Of a stretch of 64,000 bases of DNA, positions 37,779 to 48,195 are shown piece after piece. The position numbers were made by a program, and so were the translations under genes. Numbering within the stretch: the first letter of the stretch is position 1; each line of letters starts with the position of its first letter. The stretch is from Nitrospiraceae bacterium (GTDB lineage Bacteria; Nitrospirota; Nitrospiria; Nitrospirales; Nitrospiraceae): positions 1-64,000 of the forward strand of contig JBFWWG010000006.1 of assembly GCA_050246315.1 (NCBI GenBank), read 5' to 3'. The notes beneath the pieces were generated by a model that did not search any database, had not been told where the DNA came from, and saw nothing but the letters and a program-made list of their open reading frames with translations.

Positions 37779-39362
37779 ATGATCACGTCCACCTCCGATT
37801 GTTCCATTCTGATTGTCGACGACGATCCCGACATCGCCTTCACCTTGCAGGAGTTGCTCGAACACGACGGGTATCAAGTCGAGTTCGTCGGTACCGGGAC
37901 CGGAGCCCTGTCCAAGACGAAGGATCGCCACTACAACGCGGTCATTCTGGACCTGGGCCTCCCGGATATGGACGGCTTGGAGGTGCTGGAATCGCTCCAG
38001 CGTCTGGATCCGACCCTGCCGGTGATTATCCTCACCGCCTTCACCAATTCCGAACGGACGGTCGGCTCACTGATGCAGGGAGCCTTCCACTATCTGACCA
38101 AACCCTACAACCGCGATGAACTGCGCGCGACCTTGCGCCGGGCCGTGGGGGTCCAGGCCTTGGCCGTGAAGGCCCGGCAGGTCGAGCATGCCCTCAACGA
38201 AAGCGAGGAGCGATTCCGTGCCATCGTCCAGTCGGCATCGGACGCCATCGTCGTCGGGGACGGCGAGGGGGTGATCGTCTCGTGCAACCGGGCGGCCGCC
38301 GAGCTGTTCGGCTATGAGGAGGACGCGATGGCGGGGCGGCCATTGACCATACTGATGCCGGCCCGTTACCGTGACGCGCACTCCGCAGGCCTGCAGCGAT
38401 TGAAACGGACCGGTGAGAGTCACTTGATCGGCAGAGCTATCGAGCTCCACGGCCTGAAACGAGACGGCGCAGAGTTCCCCCTTGAACTCTCGCTGGCGAC
38501 CTGGACCAGCGCATCCGGCCGGTTCTTCAGCGGAATCATCCGCGACATTACGGAGCGCAAACGGGCCGAAGAGGCCCTGCGCATCAGCGAAGAGCGCCTG
38601 GAGTTGGCCGTCGAAGGTTCGAGCCTGGGCCTCTGGGACAGTCGCCCCCGCCCGGGCCAACCTTGGTCGTCGCCGGATACGCCGGTCTGGTGGTCGGAGC
38701 GTCTGAAGGCTCTACTCGGCTTCGATGAGCAGGAATTTCCCGAGGTGCTGGAAAGCTGGACCGCCCTGCTCCATCCTGAGGATAAGGAGCGGGTTTTTGG
38801 AGCCTTGACCTCCCACATTAACGATGGGCACCCCTATGACGTGGAGTACCGCCTGCGCACCAAGCGCGGGGAATTCCGATGGTTCCGAGCCCGCGGCCAA
38901 GCCACCTGGGACAGTCAAGGCCGGTTCATGCGCATGGCCGGGACGTTGCAGTGCGTGACAGACCGGAAGCGGGCGGAGGAGGCCTTGCGCGAAAGCGAAG
39001 AAATGTTTCGCCAATTGGCCGAACACATCCGCGAGGTGTTCTGGCTGTCGGATCCTGAGAAAACGCGCATCCTCTACGTCAGTCCGGCCTATGAAACCAT
39101 CTGGGGGCGGTCCTGCGGCAGTCTCTACGCCTACCCCGGTTCCTGGATAGAGTCGATCCATCCGGAGGACCAGCCGCGCGTCCGCGAGGCAGCCGTGACG
39201 AAGCAGGTTCGTGGGACGTATGACGAAACCTATCGCATTATCCGCCCGGATCGATCGATCCGCATGATCCGAGACCGGGCCTTTCCCATCTGCAATCGCG
39301 ATGGCCGCGTCTATCGGGTGGCGGGATTGGCCGAAGACATCACCGAACGGACCCGCGAATGA
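37779..39362 (+). CDS. Response regulator receiver + 3 PAS domains, no output domain (copy 2)
   Basis: ILIVDDD, ILDLGLPD, LTKP; PAS_3-type HPED motifs; ends EDITERTRE. Confidence 0.85.
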   Translation: MITSTSDCSILIVDDDPDIAFTLQELLEHDGYQVEFVGTGTGALSKTKDRHYNAVILDLGLPDMDGLEVLESLQRLDPTLPVIILTAFTNSERTVGSLMQGAFHYLTKPYNRDELRATLRRAVGVQALAVKARQVEHALNESEERFRAIVQSASDAIVVGDGEGVIVSCNRAAAELFGYEEDAMAGRPLTILMPARYRDAHSAGLQRLKRTGESHLIGRAIELHGLKRDGAEFPLELSLATWTSASGRFFSGIIRDITERKRAEEALRISEERLELAVEGSSLGLWDSRPRPGQPWSSPDTPVWWSERLKALLGFDEQEFPEVLESWTALLHPEDKERVFGALTSHINDGHPYDVEYRLRTKRGEFRWFRARGQATWDSQGRFMRMAGTLQCVTDRKRAEEALRESEEMFRQLAEHIREVFWLSDPEKTRILYVSPAYETIWGRSCGSLYAYPGSWIESIHPEDQPRVREAAVTKQVRGTYDETYRIIRPDRSIRMIRDRAFPICNRDGRVYRVAGLAEDITERTRE

Positions 39363-39462
39363 GGAGTCTCGATTCACAGGGGCAGGCCTGGTGCCGTGAC
39401 TCGCCGGGGACATCGCACCGCGGCGGGGCACGGGACTTCGCTCTGGAAAGGCCGGCCTTGAC

Positions 39463-40401
39463 GTGAACCGATGGCGCTCCACCCCATGGTCGCTCATTCT
39501 GGCGCTCTCGCTCGCGTGGCTGTTCGCTCCACCCTTCGCATCAGTGAGCACGGCCTCCGAGATCGCCATCCTGAAATCCTCCGATCTCTCCGCCTACAAT
39601 CAAGCCGTCGAAGGCTTCCGCTCCGCCGCTGCCCACGACAACCTCACGTTCCGCGAATATGATCTGGAAGGAGACCTGGAACGCGGACGCAAGCTTGCGC
39701 GCCGCATCCGCGCATCCGACGCAGCGCTCGTGTTGGCCGTGGGGGTGAAGGCGGCACTCGCCGCCAAGCTCGAAGTGCTCGATGTTCCGGTCGTCTATTG
39801 TCTCGTGCTCGACCCCGATAAGTACGACCTCTCCGCGTCCAACGTCTCCGGCATCTCGCTCGAAGTCCCCCCGGCCCAGCAATTCAGCACCATGAAGGCG
39901 ATTTTGCCGAAGCTCAAGCGAATCGGCGTCCTGTACGATCCCAGCAAGTCTGCCCGGTTGATGCAAGAGGCCACCATGGTGGCCAAACAGCAAGGCCTTG
40001 AGTTGCTGGCCCAGCCGGTTTCGTCCGAACGCGAAATTCCCCCGATGCTGCGCTCCCTGCTCCCGCTGGTCGATGCCCTGTGGCTCGTCCCCGATACCAC
40101 CGTGCTCAGCGAAGAATCCCTCCCGTTCATTCTTCAGGAGAGCTTGGACGCCAACCGGTCGGTCTTCGGCTTTTCCTCCGAGTTTGTGAAGAGGGGAGCG
40201 CTCCTCGGCATCTCCGTGAACTATCGCGACATCGGGAAACAGGCGGCGCGGCTGTCCAGGCGCATTCTGGACCGGCAGGTCGTGCCGCCGATCAAAGCGG
40301 TGCCGGACCATTTTACTCTGACCCTCAACCTCAAGACCGCTCGCTTCCTCGGCCTCGACATTCCTCCAGAAATCGAGCGACGCGCGGACGAGCGCTATTA
40401 G
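39463..40401 (+). CDS. ABC-type substrate-binding protein (ABC_sub_bind family)
   Basis: Signal peptide; NVSGISLE, RIGVLYDP, DALWLVPD, LNLKTARFLGLDIP. Confidence 0.8.
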   Translation: MNRWRSTPWSLILALSLAWLFAPPFASVSTASEIAILKSSDLSAYNQAVEGFRSAAAHDNLTFREYDLEGDLERGRKLARRIRASDAALVLAVGVKAALAAKLEVLDVPVVYCLVLDPDKYDLSASNVSGISLEVPPAQQFSTMKAILPKLKRIGVLYDPSKSARLMQEATMVAKQQGLELLAQPVSSEREIPPMLRSLLPLVDALWLVPDTTVLSEESLPFILQESLDANRSVFGFSSEFVKRGALLGISVNYRDIGKQAARLSRRILDRQVVPPIKAVPDHFTLTLNLKTARFLGLDIPPEIERRADERY

Positions 40402-40409
40402 AGGAGCTC

Positions 40410-42731
40410 ATGAGCCCGATCCAATCTCAGCCCTCTGCTGCAAGCCAGGCCCGCACCGCAGGCTTCCTCGGTCTGAGGACAAAGTTTGTGGTCTTCTTCA
40501 GCCTGATCATCATCGCCACCTGCTCCGGATTGAGCTGGTACTTTATTTACACTAAGCAGGCCACGATGACCCAGCAGTTGACCAACATCGGACGGATTCT
40601 CGTCATGAACCTGACCTTCAATCCCCGGGTACGCTTCGCCATCGCCACCGAGGACCTCCTCACGCTGACCGAATTCGTCGATGGCGCCTTGGCTGTGGAG
40701 GACGTCGTCTACGTAACCATTTCCGATTCGGACGGGAACCCGCTCGTGAGAAAAACGAAGGGAGCGTTCGCCGACAGCGCCCATCGAGTCCGCTCGCCGG
40801 AGCCTCCCCTCTTTCCGGATCCCGCGCTGGCGCCGCGCTTGGTTCAGGTCTCCACCACGGAACCGATCCTCTCCTATATGGTCGTCCAGAAGGGCGCCGC
40901 CCCTCAGGCGCGCCTCGCGGAGCGGGGCAATCCGCTTCTACCCTCGGCCATCGGCAGCGAAAGCATCTACGACTTTGCGCTCCCCGTGACCAAACCGTCC
41001 GATCGCGACGCTCTGCGCACGGGATCATCGCTCGAAAGCCAAGAGAGCTTGACGCCGCCCAGCAAAGCCCCCTCCACCCCTAGAGTCTATGGGCTCGTGC
41101 AGGTTGGGCTGTCGGAGTCGCGCCTCACTCAAGCCTTGATGGAGGCGGTTCGCACATCTGCCATACTCACGCTCCTGATTATTCTGGCCGGCATCATCGG
41201 CACCATTCTGTTGACGAATCGAATCGTCACGCCGTTGCAGTCGCTGGCCGCCATCGCACGGCGGATCAGCGGCGGGGACCTGTCGACCACCGTCCCGCCG
41301 ACGACGAGCGATGAAATCGGCGAGCTCACGACGACGTTCAACAGCATGACCCAGTCCTTGAAGGACCGTGATCAAGCGATTTCCCGGAACCTGGAAACGA
41401 TCTCCCGGCAGGTGCGTCAGTTGACGACGTTGAACCAGGCCGGCGCTGTCATCACTTCAACGCTGGATCTGGACCGATTACTGAGCACGGTGCTCCAGTT
41501 ACTGACGGAGAACCTCGGATTCGCGCGTATGGCTCTCTTTTTCTACGACCGAGAAACTGGAACCGCACGGTTGGCCCGTACCTCCGGTATACCGGAGGAT
41601 TTGGTCCGACTCGGCATGCAGATCGACATGCCGGTCCGTGATGCGGATACCGTAAGGGGCGAGACGCTGATTCACGGCAAACCCTTGCTGATCCAAGACA
41701 TCGAGACAGGCAGCGAACGCATCTATCCGCCGCTTCTCGAACTCCTGAGGCGAAGTCACATTCGCTCCTTTGTCGTGGCCCCGCTGCGGACGCAGGAGCG
41801 GATCCTTGGGTTCCTGGGCGGCGATCGCGGCGAGACCAGATGCACCCAGGAGGATCTCGACCTCTTGACGACGGTTGCCAGCCACGTGGCCGTCGCCATC
41901 GACAATGCCAGGACCTATCACCAGTTGGAAGGCTTGACCGAGAGTTTGGATCATCGCGTCCGGGAGCGGACACAAGAGCTACTGGCCGCCAACGAGCGGT
42001 TGACAGAACTGGACAAGCTCCGATCCGCGTTCGTGTCGATCGTGTCCCACGAATTGCGCACCCCCATGACGGCGATTCGCGGCTACGTCGATAACATGCT
42101 GGACGGGCTCACCGGCCCCCTGACCGACAAGCAAGGCCATTATCTCAATCGGGTCAAATTCAATGCCGATCGCTTGACCCATATGATCGCGGAGTTGCTC
42201 GATCTCTCTAGAATCGAAGCCGGCCGCGTCGAGGTGCACTGGAGTACGGTCAATCTCGCCGAGCTGGTCGAGGAGGTGGCGGACGATCTCCGGCGACCGG
42301 CCTCGGAGAGGGACCTCGTGATCGAAACCCGCTCGGTCGGATCGAATCTGGTCGTCCGAGGGGATCGCGACAAGCTGCACCAGATCGTCACGAACCTCGT
42401 CGGCAATGCGTCCAAGTTCACGCCTCGCGGAGGCCGGATCACGGTCGAAACATCCCTGGTGGAACCGGAACAGGTGCAGATCTCGGTGGCCGATACAGGC
42501 TGCGGCATCCCGCCGGACGAGTTGCCGAAGGTCTTCGAGCGATTCTTCCGAGGCGGGGCGGTCCCACCGGAGGCGCGTGGAGCGGGACTGGGGCTCTCGA
42601 TCGTCAAGTCATTGGTCGAGTTGCACCGCGGGAGCGTGACGGTCGAGAGCCAGGTCGGCGTGGGAACCACATTCTTCATCACGTTGCCGATCAACCAGCC
42701 GGAACAGTCGAAGCCAGGTCGGAGGGAGTAG
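40410..42731 (+). CDS. Sensor histidine kinase (TM-periplasmic-TM-HAMP-GAF-HisKA-HATPase)
   Basis: DEIGELTTTFNSM (HAMP), VAIDNA (GAF), VSHELRTPM, NLVGNASKF, DTGCGI, GAGLGLSI; GAGGAG RBS before ATG 40410. Confidence 0.93.
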   Translation: MSPIQSQPSAASQARTAGFLGLRTKFVVFFSLIIIATCSGLSWYFIYTKQATMTQQLTNIGRILVMNLTFNPRVRFAIATEDLLTLTEFVDGALAVEDVVYVTISDSDGNPLVRKTKGAFADSAHRVRSPEPPLFPDPALAPRLVQVSTTEPILSYMVVQKGAAPQARLAERGNPLLPSAIGSESIYDFALPVTKPSDRDALRTGSSLESQESLTPPSKAPSTPRVYGLVQVGLSESRLTQALMEAVRTSAILTLLIILAGIIGTILLTNRIVTPLQSLAAIARRISGGDLSTTVPPTTSDEIGELTTTFNSMTQSLKDRDQAISRNLETISRQVRQLTTLNQAGAVITSTLDLDRLLSTVLQLLTENLGFARMALFFYDRETGTARLARTSGIPEDLVRLGMQIDMPVRDADTVRGETLIHGKPLLIQDIETGSERIYPPLLELLRRSHIRSFVVAPLRTQERILGFLGGDRGETRCTQEDLDLLTTVASHVAVAIDNARTYHQLEGLTESLDHRVRERTQELLAANERLTELDKLRSAFVSIVSHELRTPMTAIRGYVDNMLDGLTGPLTDKQGHYLNRVKFNADRLTHMIAELLDLSRIEAGRVEVHWSTVNLAELVEEVADDLRRPASERDLVIETRSVGSNLVVRGDRDKLHQIVTNLVGNASKFTPRGGRITVETSLVEPEQVQISVADTGCGIPPDELPKVFERFFRGGAVPPEARGAGLGLSIVKSLVELHRGSVTVESQVGVGTTFFITLPINQPEQSKPGRRE

Positions 42732-42743
42732 CCACGAGGCCGC

Positions 42744-42868
42744 AATCGTCGGTCGTCATTCGAGATTGGTCATTCGTGAAGCGTCAGGAGTCATTGGTCA
42801 TTCAAAGGGTGGGACCGGCCTGAATCCTGTTCCTGTGCGATAGACGACTGACGATTGACGAGCGACGA
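42744..42868. repeat. Degenerate heptamer (STRR-like) tandem repeats in two opposing blocks
   Basis: aatcgtc ggtcgtc attcgag attggtc attcgtg aagcgtc aggagtc attggtc ... tagacga ctgacga ttgacga gcgacga. Confidence 0.7.
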
Positions 42869-42918
42869 CCCGCGTGTCGGCTGTACCGCGAAACACAAAC
42901 GGGCTTCGATGCTGCAGT

Positions 42919-43686
42919 TTACGAGGAGGAGCCGGCGCGGCGTCCCGGCAGAAACGCCTTCAATCCGAAGTAGGCCACGGCATCCTTGAGGTTGGAGTAG
43001 AGCCGCTTGACCGGATTCATGTCGGGGTTCGTGACATATTCCATCGTGAGGACGATCCGCTCCTCCCCCTCCGCCAAGGGCGTGACCGCATGCCAGAGTT
43101 GATCCCCGTTGAAGATGACCAGATCGCCGGGGCCGGTCGCCAGTTGCATTTCGTGGCTGGTCTTGGCCGGGTCCTTCTTGTGTAGTTGGCAGACCAACCG
43201 ACAATGTTCCGATCGGTCGACGAGTCCCATCAGAATGGTGTACCGCGCACCTTTGTAATAGGACGTGTCGAAATGGTAGCCGATGTGATCCCCGGCTTCG
43301 GTGTAATAGTACAGCGCGCAGGAGTGCGGGTCGCTGTCGGGACAGAGCATCAGCTTCGCTCCAACCAGTCGGTTCAGGAAATCGAGAAAAGCCGGCGAGC
43401 GGTAGAGATCGAGAAACAGCGGGGCCCGATCGATGACTTGGAAATAACTGACGCTGCCGCCCTTCTTGTGACCGGGAATATAGTTGCGGTTGAGCAGCGG
43501 CTTCACCGTCTGGGCCTGCGGCACCAGATACTGTTCCACCGTTCCACGGGGCAGAAACGCCTTGATAAAGAGGAACTCGCCCTGTTCCCAGTAGGTCTGT
43601 CGAAGCGTCTCGAAGTCCAGGGAACGAACCGCCTGCTCGATCTCGGCTCCAAGGTGCTCTTTCACGGTTTCAGCTAGGTTCGGCAT
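42919..43686 (-). CDS. 2OG-Fe(II) oxygenase
   Basis: HxD (YHFD), distal His (WHAV), Arg (ERIVLTM). Confidence 0.8.
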   Translation of the reverse strand: MPNLAETVKEHLGAEIEQAVRSLDFETLRQTYWEQGEFLFIKAFLPRGTVEQYLVPQAQTVKPLLNRNYIPGHKKGGSVSYFQVIDRAPLFLDLYRSPAFLDFLNRLVGAKLMLCPDSDPHSCALYYYTEAGDHIGYHFDTSYYKGARYTILMGLVDRSEHCRLVCQLHKKDPAKTSHEMQLATGPGDLVIFNGDQLWHAVTPLAEGEERIVLTMEYVTNPDMNPVKRLYSNLKDAVAYFGLKAFLPGRRAGSSS

Positions 43687-43720
43687 TTCATTGTTCCATC
43701 TGTCGGTCTAGATGCGCCTG

Positions 43721-44467
43721 CTACGGAGCGCGAAAGCTTGGCGCTCGTACCACCTCGGTGTCCGCCGGAGCCGTGAACTCGAAGAGCCCGTCCTGTAATC
43801 CCGCGTTCGGCTTCACGGAGGAAAATTCAAAGGTCGCCACGTTGCCGCTCAATTCGTGCAGAGTCAAACTCTTAATATAGTGGGTCTTGGGGTCCGCCTC
43901 CAGCACGATCTGCTGGAAGGGGCGGGCCGTCTCCTGGTTCTTGGTCTTCGGGGTCAGCACGACCAGCGGCAGCCCGCCGGCCCCGCGTGCCTGATCCGGT
44001 GCGGGCGCCAGATCGAACTCCTCCTCGATCTTGCCGATCCCTTGCAGCAACTGGAGCGGCGCCTGCGAGGCGGCCATCTGCGTCAGCTTCCCGATCAGCA
44101 CCTGGCTGTGCTCCGGCACATACATCTTGACGTCGTCCTGGTTGACGTAGATCTCCTCCCGGCTCGGTTCGACATAGTCCCACCTCAGCCGGCCCGGACG
44201 TTTCAGAAACACACGGCCGGATGACGTGATGGGTGTCGCAAATCCCTCGACCTTGGTCTTCTGCGTGAAATCCGCCTGTAAGTCCTTCGTCTGCTCGTAG
44301 CGAGCCTGGATCTTCTTCACAACGCCTTTGATCTCCTGCGCCGCCTTCCCCTCCTCGGCCCGGCTCCCCTCAGCCCACAACCCCTGCCCAAGCAGCACGA
44401 CCGCCACCGTGCATACGCAGATGACCGCCCGCCGCTTCCTGCGACCTGCACCGTCCTGCTCCATCAT
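43721..44467 (-). CDS. lolA: Outer-membrane lipoprotein carrier protein LolA
   Basis: ADFTQ, KRPGRLRWDY, FEFTAP; downstream of ftsK. Confidence 0.88.
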   Translation of the reverse strand: MMEQDGAGRRKRRAVICVCTVAVVLLGQGLWAEGSRAEEGKAAQEIKGVVKKIQARYEQTKDLQADFTQKTKVEGFATPITSSGRVFLKRPGRLRWDYVEPSREEIYVNQDDVKMYVPEHSQVLIGKLTQMAASQAPLQLLQGIGKIEEEFDLAPAPDQARGAGGLPLVVLTPKTKNQETARPFQQIVLEADPKTHYIKSLTLHELSGNVATFEFSSVKPNAGLQDGLFEFTAPADTEVVRAPSFRAP

Positions 44468-44503
44468 TCGATTTGACCCTCTCATCAGGATTCTCCGTAT
44501 CGC

Positions 44504-46951
44504 CTATTCTCCATGCGCCTGCCCGACCGGTCCGCGCCGGCCCAACACTTCCCGGCGGCCGTCGCGACCCGCGGCACCGACGATCCCCTCGGCCTCCATC
44601 TGTTCGACCATCCGCGCCGCACGCGGATAGCCCACCCGCAAGCGCCGCTGGATGAGCGAGGCCGAGGCCTGCCCGGTTGAGAGGACCAGTTCCTTGGCCT
44701 GCTCGTACACCTCATCCCTGGCTTCTTCTTCCGCTGCTTCCTCCTGGCGCTGGAACTGCTCCGGGCTCGTGTAGCTCGGGGCGGCCTGTTTCTTGACCAC
44801 GGCCACGACGCGCCGCACGTCCTCATCCGCCACAAACGACCCGTGGATACGCATCAACCGCCCGGTCCCCGAAGCCATGTACAACATATCTCCCCGCCCG
44901 AGGAGGGCTTCGGCTCCGTTTGCGTCCAGGATTGTTCGCGAATCAGTTTTGGACGCGACTTGAAAGGCGACGCGGGCGGGGAAGTTCGCCTTGATCAACC
45001 CGGTCAGCACATCCACCGAGGGGCGTTGCGTGGCCAGCACCAAATGAATCCCGGCGGCGCGGGCCATTTGCGCCAGGCGGGCGATCTTTTCCTCTACGTC
45101 CTTCGGAGCCACCATCATGAGGTCGGCCAACTCGTCGATCATGACGACGATGTAGGGCAAGGGAGCGGGCGGCGTCTTGGGCTGCGGACCCAGTTCTCCG
45201 GTCGGCAACGGCGGCTGTTCGCTCTCCCCCGCCGAGAGTCGTTCCTCTTCCGATAGGAAGATCGGCAATTCCGGCTGCTCGGGAGCACCCTTCTCGCCCT
45301 CGCCTGCCGCCCCTCCCTGCTCGTTGTGGACCCACCGGTTATACCCTTCGATGTTGCGAACGCCCGCTTGGGCCAGCAACTTGTAGCGACGTTCCATTTC
45401 CTGGACGACCCAGCCCAGTCCACGGGCCGCCGACTTGGGATCGGTGATGACGGGCCGTAGTAGGTGAGGAATCCCATCGTAAGTCTGCAACTCCAACATC
45501 TTCGGATCGATCAAGAGGAGCTTGACCTCATCCGGCCGGGCGTTGAACAGGAGACTGAGCAGCATCGTATTCAAACTGACGCTTTTGCCGGCGCCGGTCG
45601 CGCCCGCCACCAGCACATGGGGCATGGTCCGGAGATCCGCCGCCACCGGGGTGCCGAAGATGTCCTTCCCCAGCGCCATCGTCAGCTTGGATCGGGACCG
45701 CGTGACGGCGTCGCTCATGATCACTTCCTTGAACGAGACAGTTTCTCGTTGGCGGTTCGGCACTTCGATGCCGACCACCGACTTACCCGGCAATGGGGCT
45801 ACGATTCTGAGACTCATCGCCTTCATGGCGAGCGCCAAATCGTCGGCCAGGTTGACGATCCTCGACACCTTCACGCCAGGCGCCGGCTCATACTCATACA
45901 TAGTCACCACCGGACCCGGATGCACCTCCGTGACTTTTCCCTCGATGCCGAAGCTCAGCAGCGCCTTGGCCAACACCTCCGACTGAGCCTTGAGTTCTTG
46001 ATCCGTCATCCGAGCCGCAGGCTGCGGCGGATCGTCGAGTAGTTCGCGAGGATCGGGGAGGCGATAGTCCGACCGCACGGCGCTTGCCACCGGCATCGGC
46101 GGTTCGACCGTCTCCTCACTCGGCACAGGCTGAACAGTCCTGACCACCGGCAACGGTATCACCGGGTCCTGCGCCTCCTCCTGGTCTTCCTGGTCCCACT
46201 CCTCTTCGACCGGCGCCGTGGCGTCCGTCGCAGCTCGATTGATCTTGGGCGGTTTCGTCTTGGCACGTCGGTTCCGCTTGCCCCGCTGTTCGAAGCGCTC
46301 TTCCAACCAATCGCGGATAGCCCACTGAACCTCCTGGCCTCGCTCCGTCCAAGCGGACAGGTGATCCATGAGGCGCGCCAGCGAGGTCGATGTGGACAGG
46401 AGCAGTGTCACCAACAGGATGGAAAACAGAATGATGTGAGCGCCCGTACTCGCAAAATAGGTCTTGAGGAACGAGGCGAGTCCCAGTCCGATGACACCGC
46501 CGCTGAGCCCCCGCTGGACGACCCCGCCGACCAACGTCGGAATACCGGGCAGTTCCAGATGAAGGAAGCCGCTGAGGGAGAACAGCGCGACCGTGGAATA
46601 GAGCGCGGTCTTCAGAGGCACCGTCACATTGTCCTGCATGAAACAGCGGATGCCCACGTGGATCAGGAACAACGGCAGCACATAGGCGCCCGCCCCGATC
46701 AGCCAAAACAGGGTGGAGGCGGTCGCCGCGCCGACCGTGCCGATCAGATTCTTGCTTGGAGACGCTGCAGAGAGACCGGCGGAGACGCCATTGTTCGACA
46801 GTCTGTCACCTGGGATATACGACAGGAGACTGAGGAGCAGCAGCAGACCGAGCGTGATCAGAACAACGGCAATGATCTCGCGCCGGATATGTGAAGGAGG
46901 AGATCCAACTCTGCGGGCGTCACCGCGTCTCGCCGTGGTGGATGCACCCAT
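44504..46951 (-). CDS. ftsK: DNA translocase FtsK
   Basis: N-terminal TMs, GPVVTMYE, AGATGAGKS, IDELADLMM, ATQRPSVDV, gamma domain SLIQRRLRVGYPRAAR. Confidence 0.97.
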   Translation of the reverse strand: MGASTTARRGDARRVGSPPSHIRREIIAVVLITLGLLLLLSLLSYIPGDRLSNNGVSAGLSAASPSKNLIGTVGAATASTLFWLIGAGAYVLPLFLIHVGIRCFMQDNVTVPLKTALYSTVALFSLSGFLHLELPGIPTLVGGVVQRGLSGGVIGLGLASFLKTYFASTGAHIILFSILLVTLLLSTSTSLARLMDHLSAWTERGQEVQWAIRDWLEERFEQRGKRNRRAKTKPPKINRAATDATAPVEEEWDQEDQEEAQDPVIPLPVVRTVQPVPSEETVEPPMPVASAVRSDYRLPDPRELLDDPPQPAARMTDQELKAQSEVLAKALLSFGIEGKVTEVHPGPVVTMYEYEPAPGVKVSRIVNLADDLALAMKAMSLRIVAPLPGKSVVGIEVPNRQRETVSFKEVIMSDAVTRSRSKLTMALGKDIFGTPVAADLRTMPHVLVAGATGAGKSVSLNTMLLSLLFNARPDEVKLLLIDPKMLELQTYDGIPHLLRPVITDPKSAARGLGWVVQEMERRYKLLAQAGVRNIEGYNRWVHNEQGGAAGEGEKGAPEQPELPIFLSEEERLSAGESEQPPLPTGELGPQPKTPPAPLPYIVVMIDELADLMMVAPKDVEEKIARLAQMARAAGIHLVLATQRPSVDVLTGLIKANFPARVAFQVASKTDSRTILDANGAEALLGRGDMLYMASGTGRLMRIHGSFVADEDVRRVVAVVKKQAAPSYTSPEQFQRQEEAAEEEARDEVYEQAKELVLSTGQASASLIQRRLRVGYPRAARMVEQMEAEGIVGAAGRDGRREVLGRRGPVGQAHGE

Positions 46952-47034
46952 ACGCGCGGATCGTAGCATAGGGGTATCGTCATTTCAAACAAACCGCCGC
47001 ACGCAACGGCCCTTCAGAGCGGCAGGACAGGCGC

Positions 47035-47865
47035 TTATGTCGTCGGTCGCTGGTCGGCGCGGAGGACACCAGCCTCCGCCGCTTCAGCCAACGCTTCGGC
47101 AAGGTGGACAAACTCCTCGATCGACAATTCCTCTGCACGACAGTCGGAAGATCGATGAAGTCGCGCCAGCGCGTCCTGCACGACCGCCGGCGCAAACCCT
47201 TCGTCACGGAGCGAGTTGAGCAACCGCTTACGCCGATGTGCGAACGAGGCTCGGACGACCAACCGAAACACGGTCTCCTGCGCCGGCGGGATGCGGCCGG
47301 GGCGCTTGAGGTGCAGCGTCACCACCGACGAGCCGACATCGGGTCTGGGTCGAAAACACTGGGCCGACACGTGAAAGGCCAGTGCCGCCTCGGCTGCGGC
47401 TTGCGTGAGCACGGAGAGCACGCCGTAGTCCTTGCCGCCCGGCTCCGCGATGAGGCGACGTGCCACCTCCGTTTGCAGCATGAGCACCAGCCGCGAGAAT
47501 CGATCCCGATGTTCCAGCAGTCGAAACAGGAGGGCCGTGGAAAGGTAATAGGGCAAATTGGCGACCACGACCGTGTTCTCCGGCAGGCGGCTCAATGGAA
47601 ATTCCAGCGCATCGCCCTGGTGGAGCTCCAAGTTGGGGCAGTCCTCCATATGGTTCCGTAGGTGTTCGTAGAGTTGCCGATCGATTTCGACGGCGACGAC
47701 ACGGCTTGCGACGCCGCAGAGGCCGCGGGTCAGAATCCCCCGTCCCGGCCCGATCTCGAAGACCGTCTCCTGTGCCTGGAGTTCTGCCAAGGCGACGATC
47801 TTCCGCACGATGTTCTGGTCGATCAAGAAATGCTGACCGAGTCGCTTGAGCGGGCGGGGGAGCAT
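47035..47865 (-). CDS. rsmA: 16S rRNA m6,2A dimethyltransferase
   Basis: LGQHFL, EIGPGRG, ANLPY, FRPRPDV. Confidence 0.95.
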   Translation of the reverse strand: MLPRPLKRLGQHFLIDQNIVRKIVALAELQAQETVFEIGPGRGILTRGLCGVASRVVAVEIDRQLYEHLRNHMEDCPNLELHQGDALEFPLSRLPENTVVVANLPYYLSTALLFRLLEHRDRFSRLVLMLQTEVARRLIAEPGGKDYGVLSVLTQAAAEAALAFHVSAQCFRPRPDVGSSVVTLHLKRPGRIPPAQETVFRLVVRASFAHRRKRLLNSLRDEGFAPAVVQDALARLHRSSDCRAEELSIEEFVHLAEALAEAAEAGVLRADQRPTT

Positions 47866-47880
47866 CCTGAAGGGTGACGG

Positions 47881-48195
47881 TCAACCGCCGGGCGAGGCCT
47901 GAGAGGTAACTTTCTTTGCCAGCGCTTTCAACGCACTTCGATACTCTTCCGCCTGATCCGTGAATTCCTCCACCAGATCGTTGGTGAAGGAGAGACCCGG
48001 TTTCATTCGGGCGAACTTCGTCGCCTCCGCCTCCCCCACGTGCGGCTTGAGCAAATCCGCGGTTGCCGCCTGCCACTTGGTCAGTCGCTCGGTTCCGGCG
48101 GCACTGTTCAAGTCCTGCAGGAGCCGCTTCACGATCGTGTCGAGCTCCCGCAGTTGGCCGTCGATGATGTGCTGTGCGGTCTGCGAAGTGTTCAT
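47881..48195 (-). CDS. Hypothetical helical protein
   Basis: 104-aa ORF coupled to pdxA within the operon. Confidence 0.7.
   Translation of the reverse strand: MNTSQTAQHIIDGQLRELDTIVKRLLQDLNSAAGTERLTKWQAATADLLKPHVGEAEATKFARMKPGLSFTNDLVEEFTDQAEEYRSALKALAKKVTSQASPGG

Noticed and set aside
40080..40409. Extended N-terminus of the histidine kinase
   Set aside because: Overlaps the SBP gene; the RBS supports ATG 40410
42919..43686. 2OG-Fe(II) enzyme as a halogenase or RiPP tailoring enzyme
   Set aside because: Retains HxD (halogenases have HxG/A); lies at the end of the housekeeping ftsK-lolA run, 20 kb from the RiPP genes on the other strand
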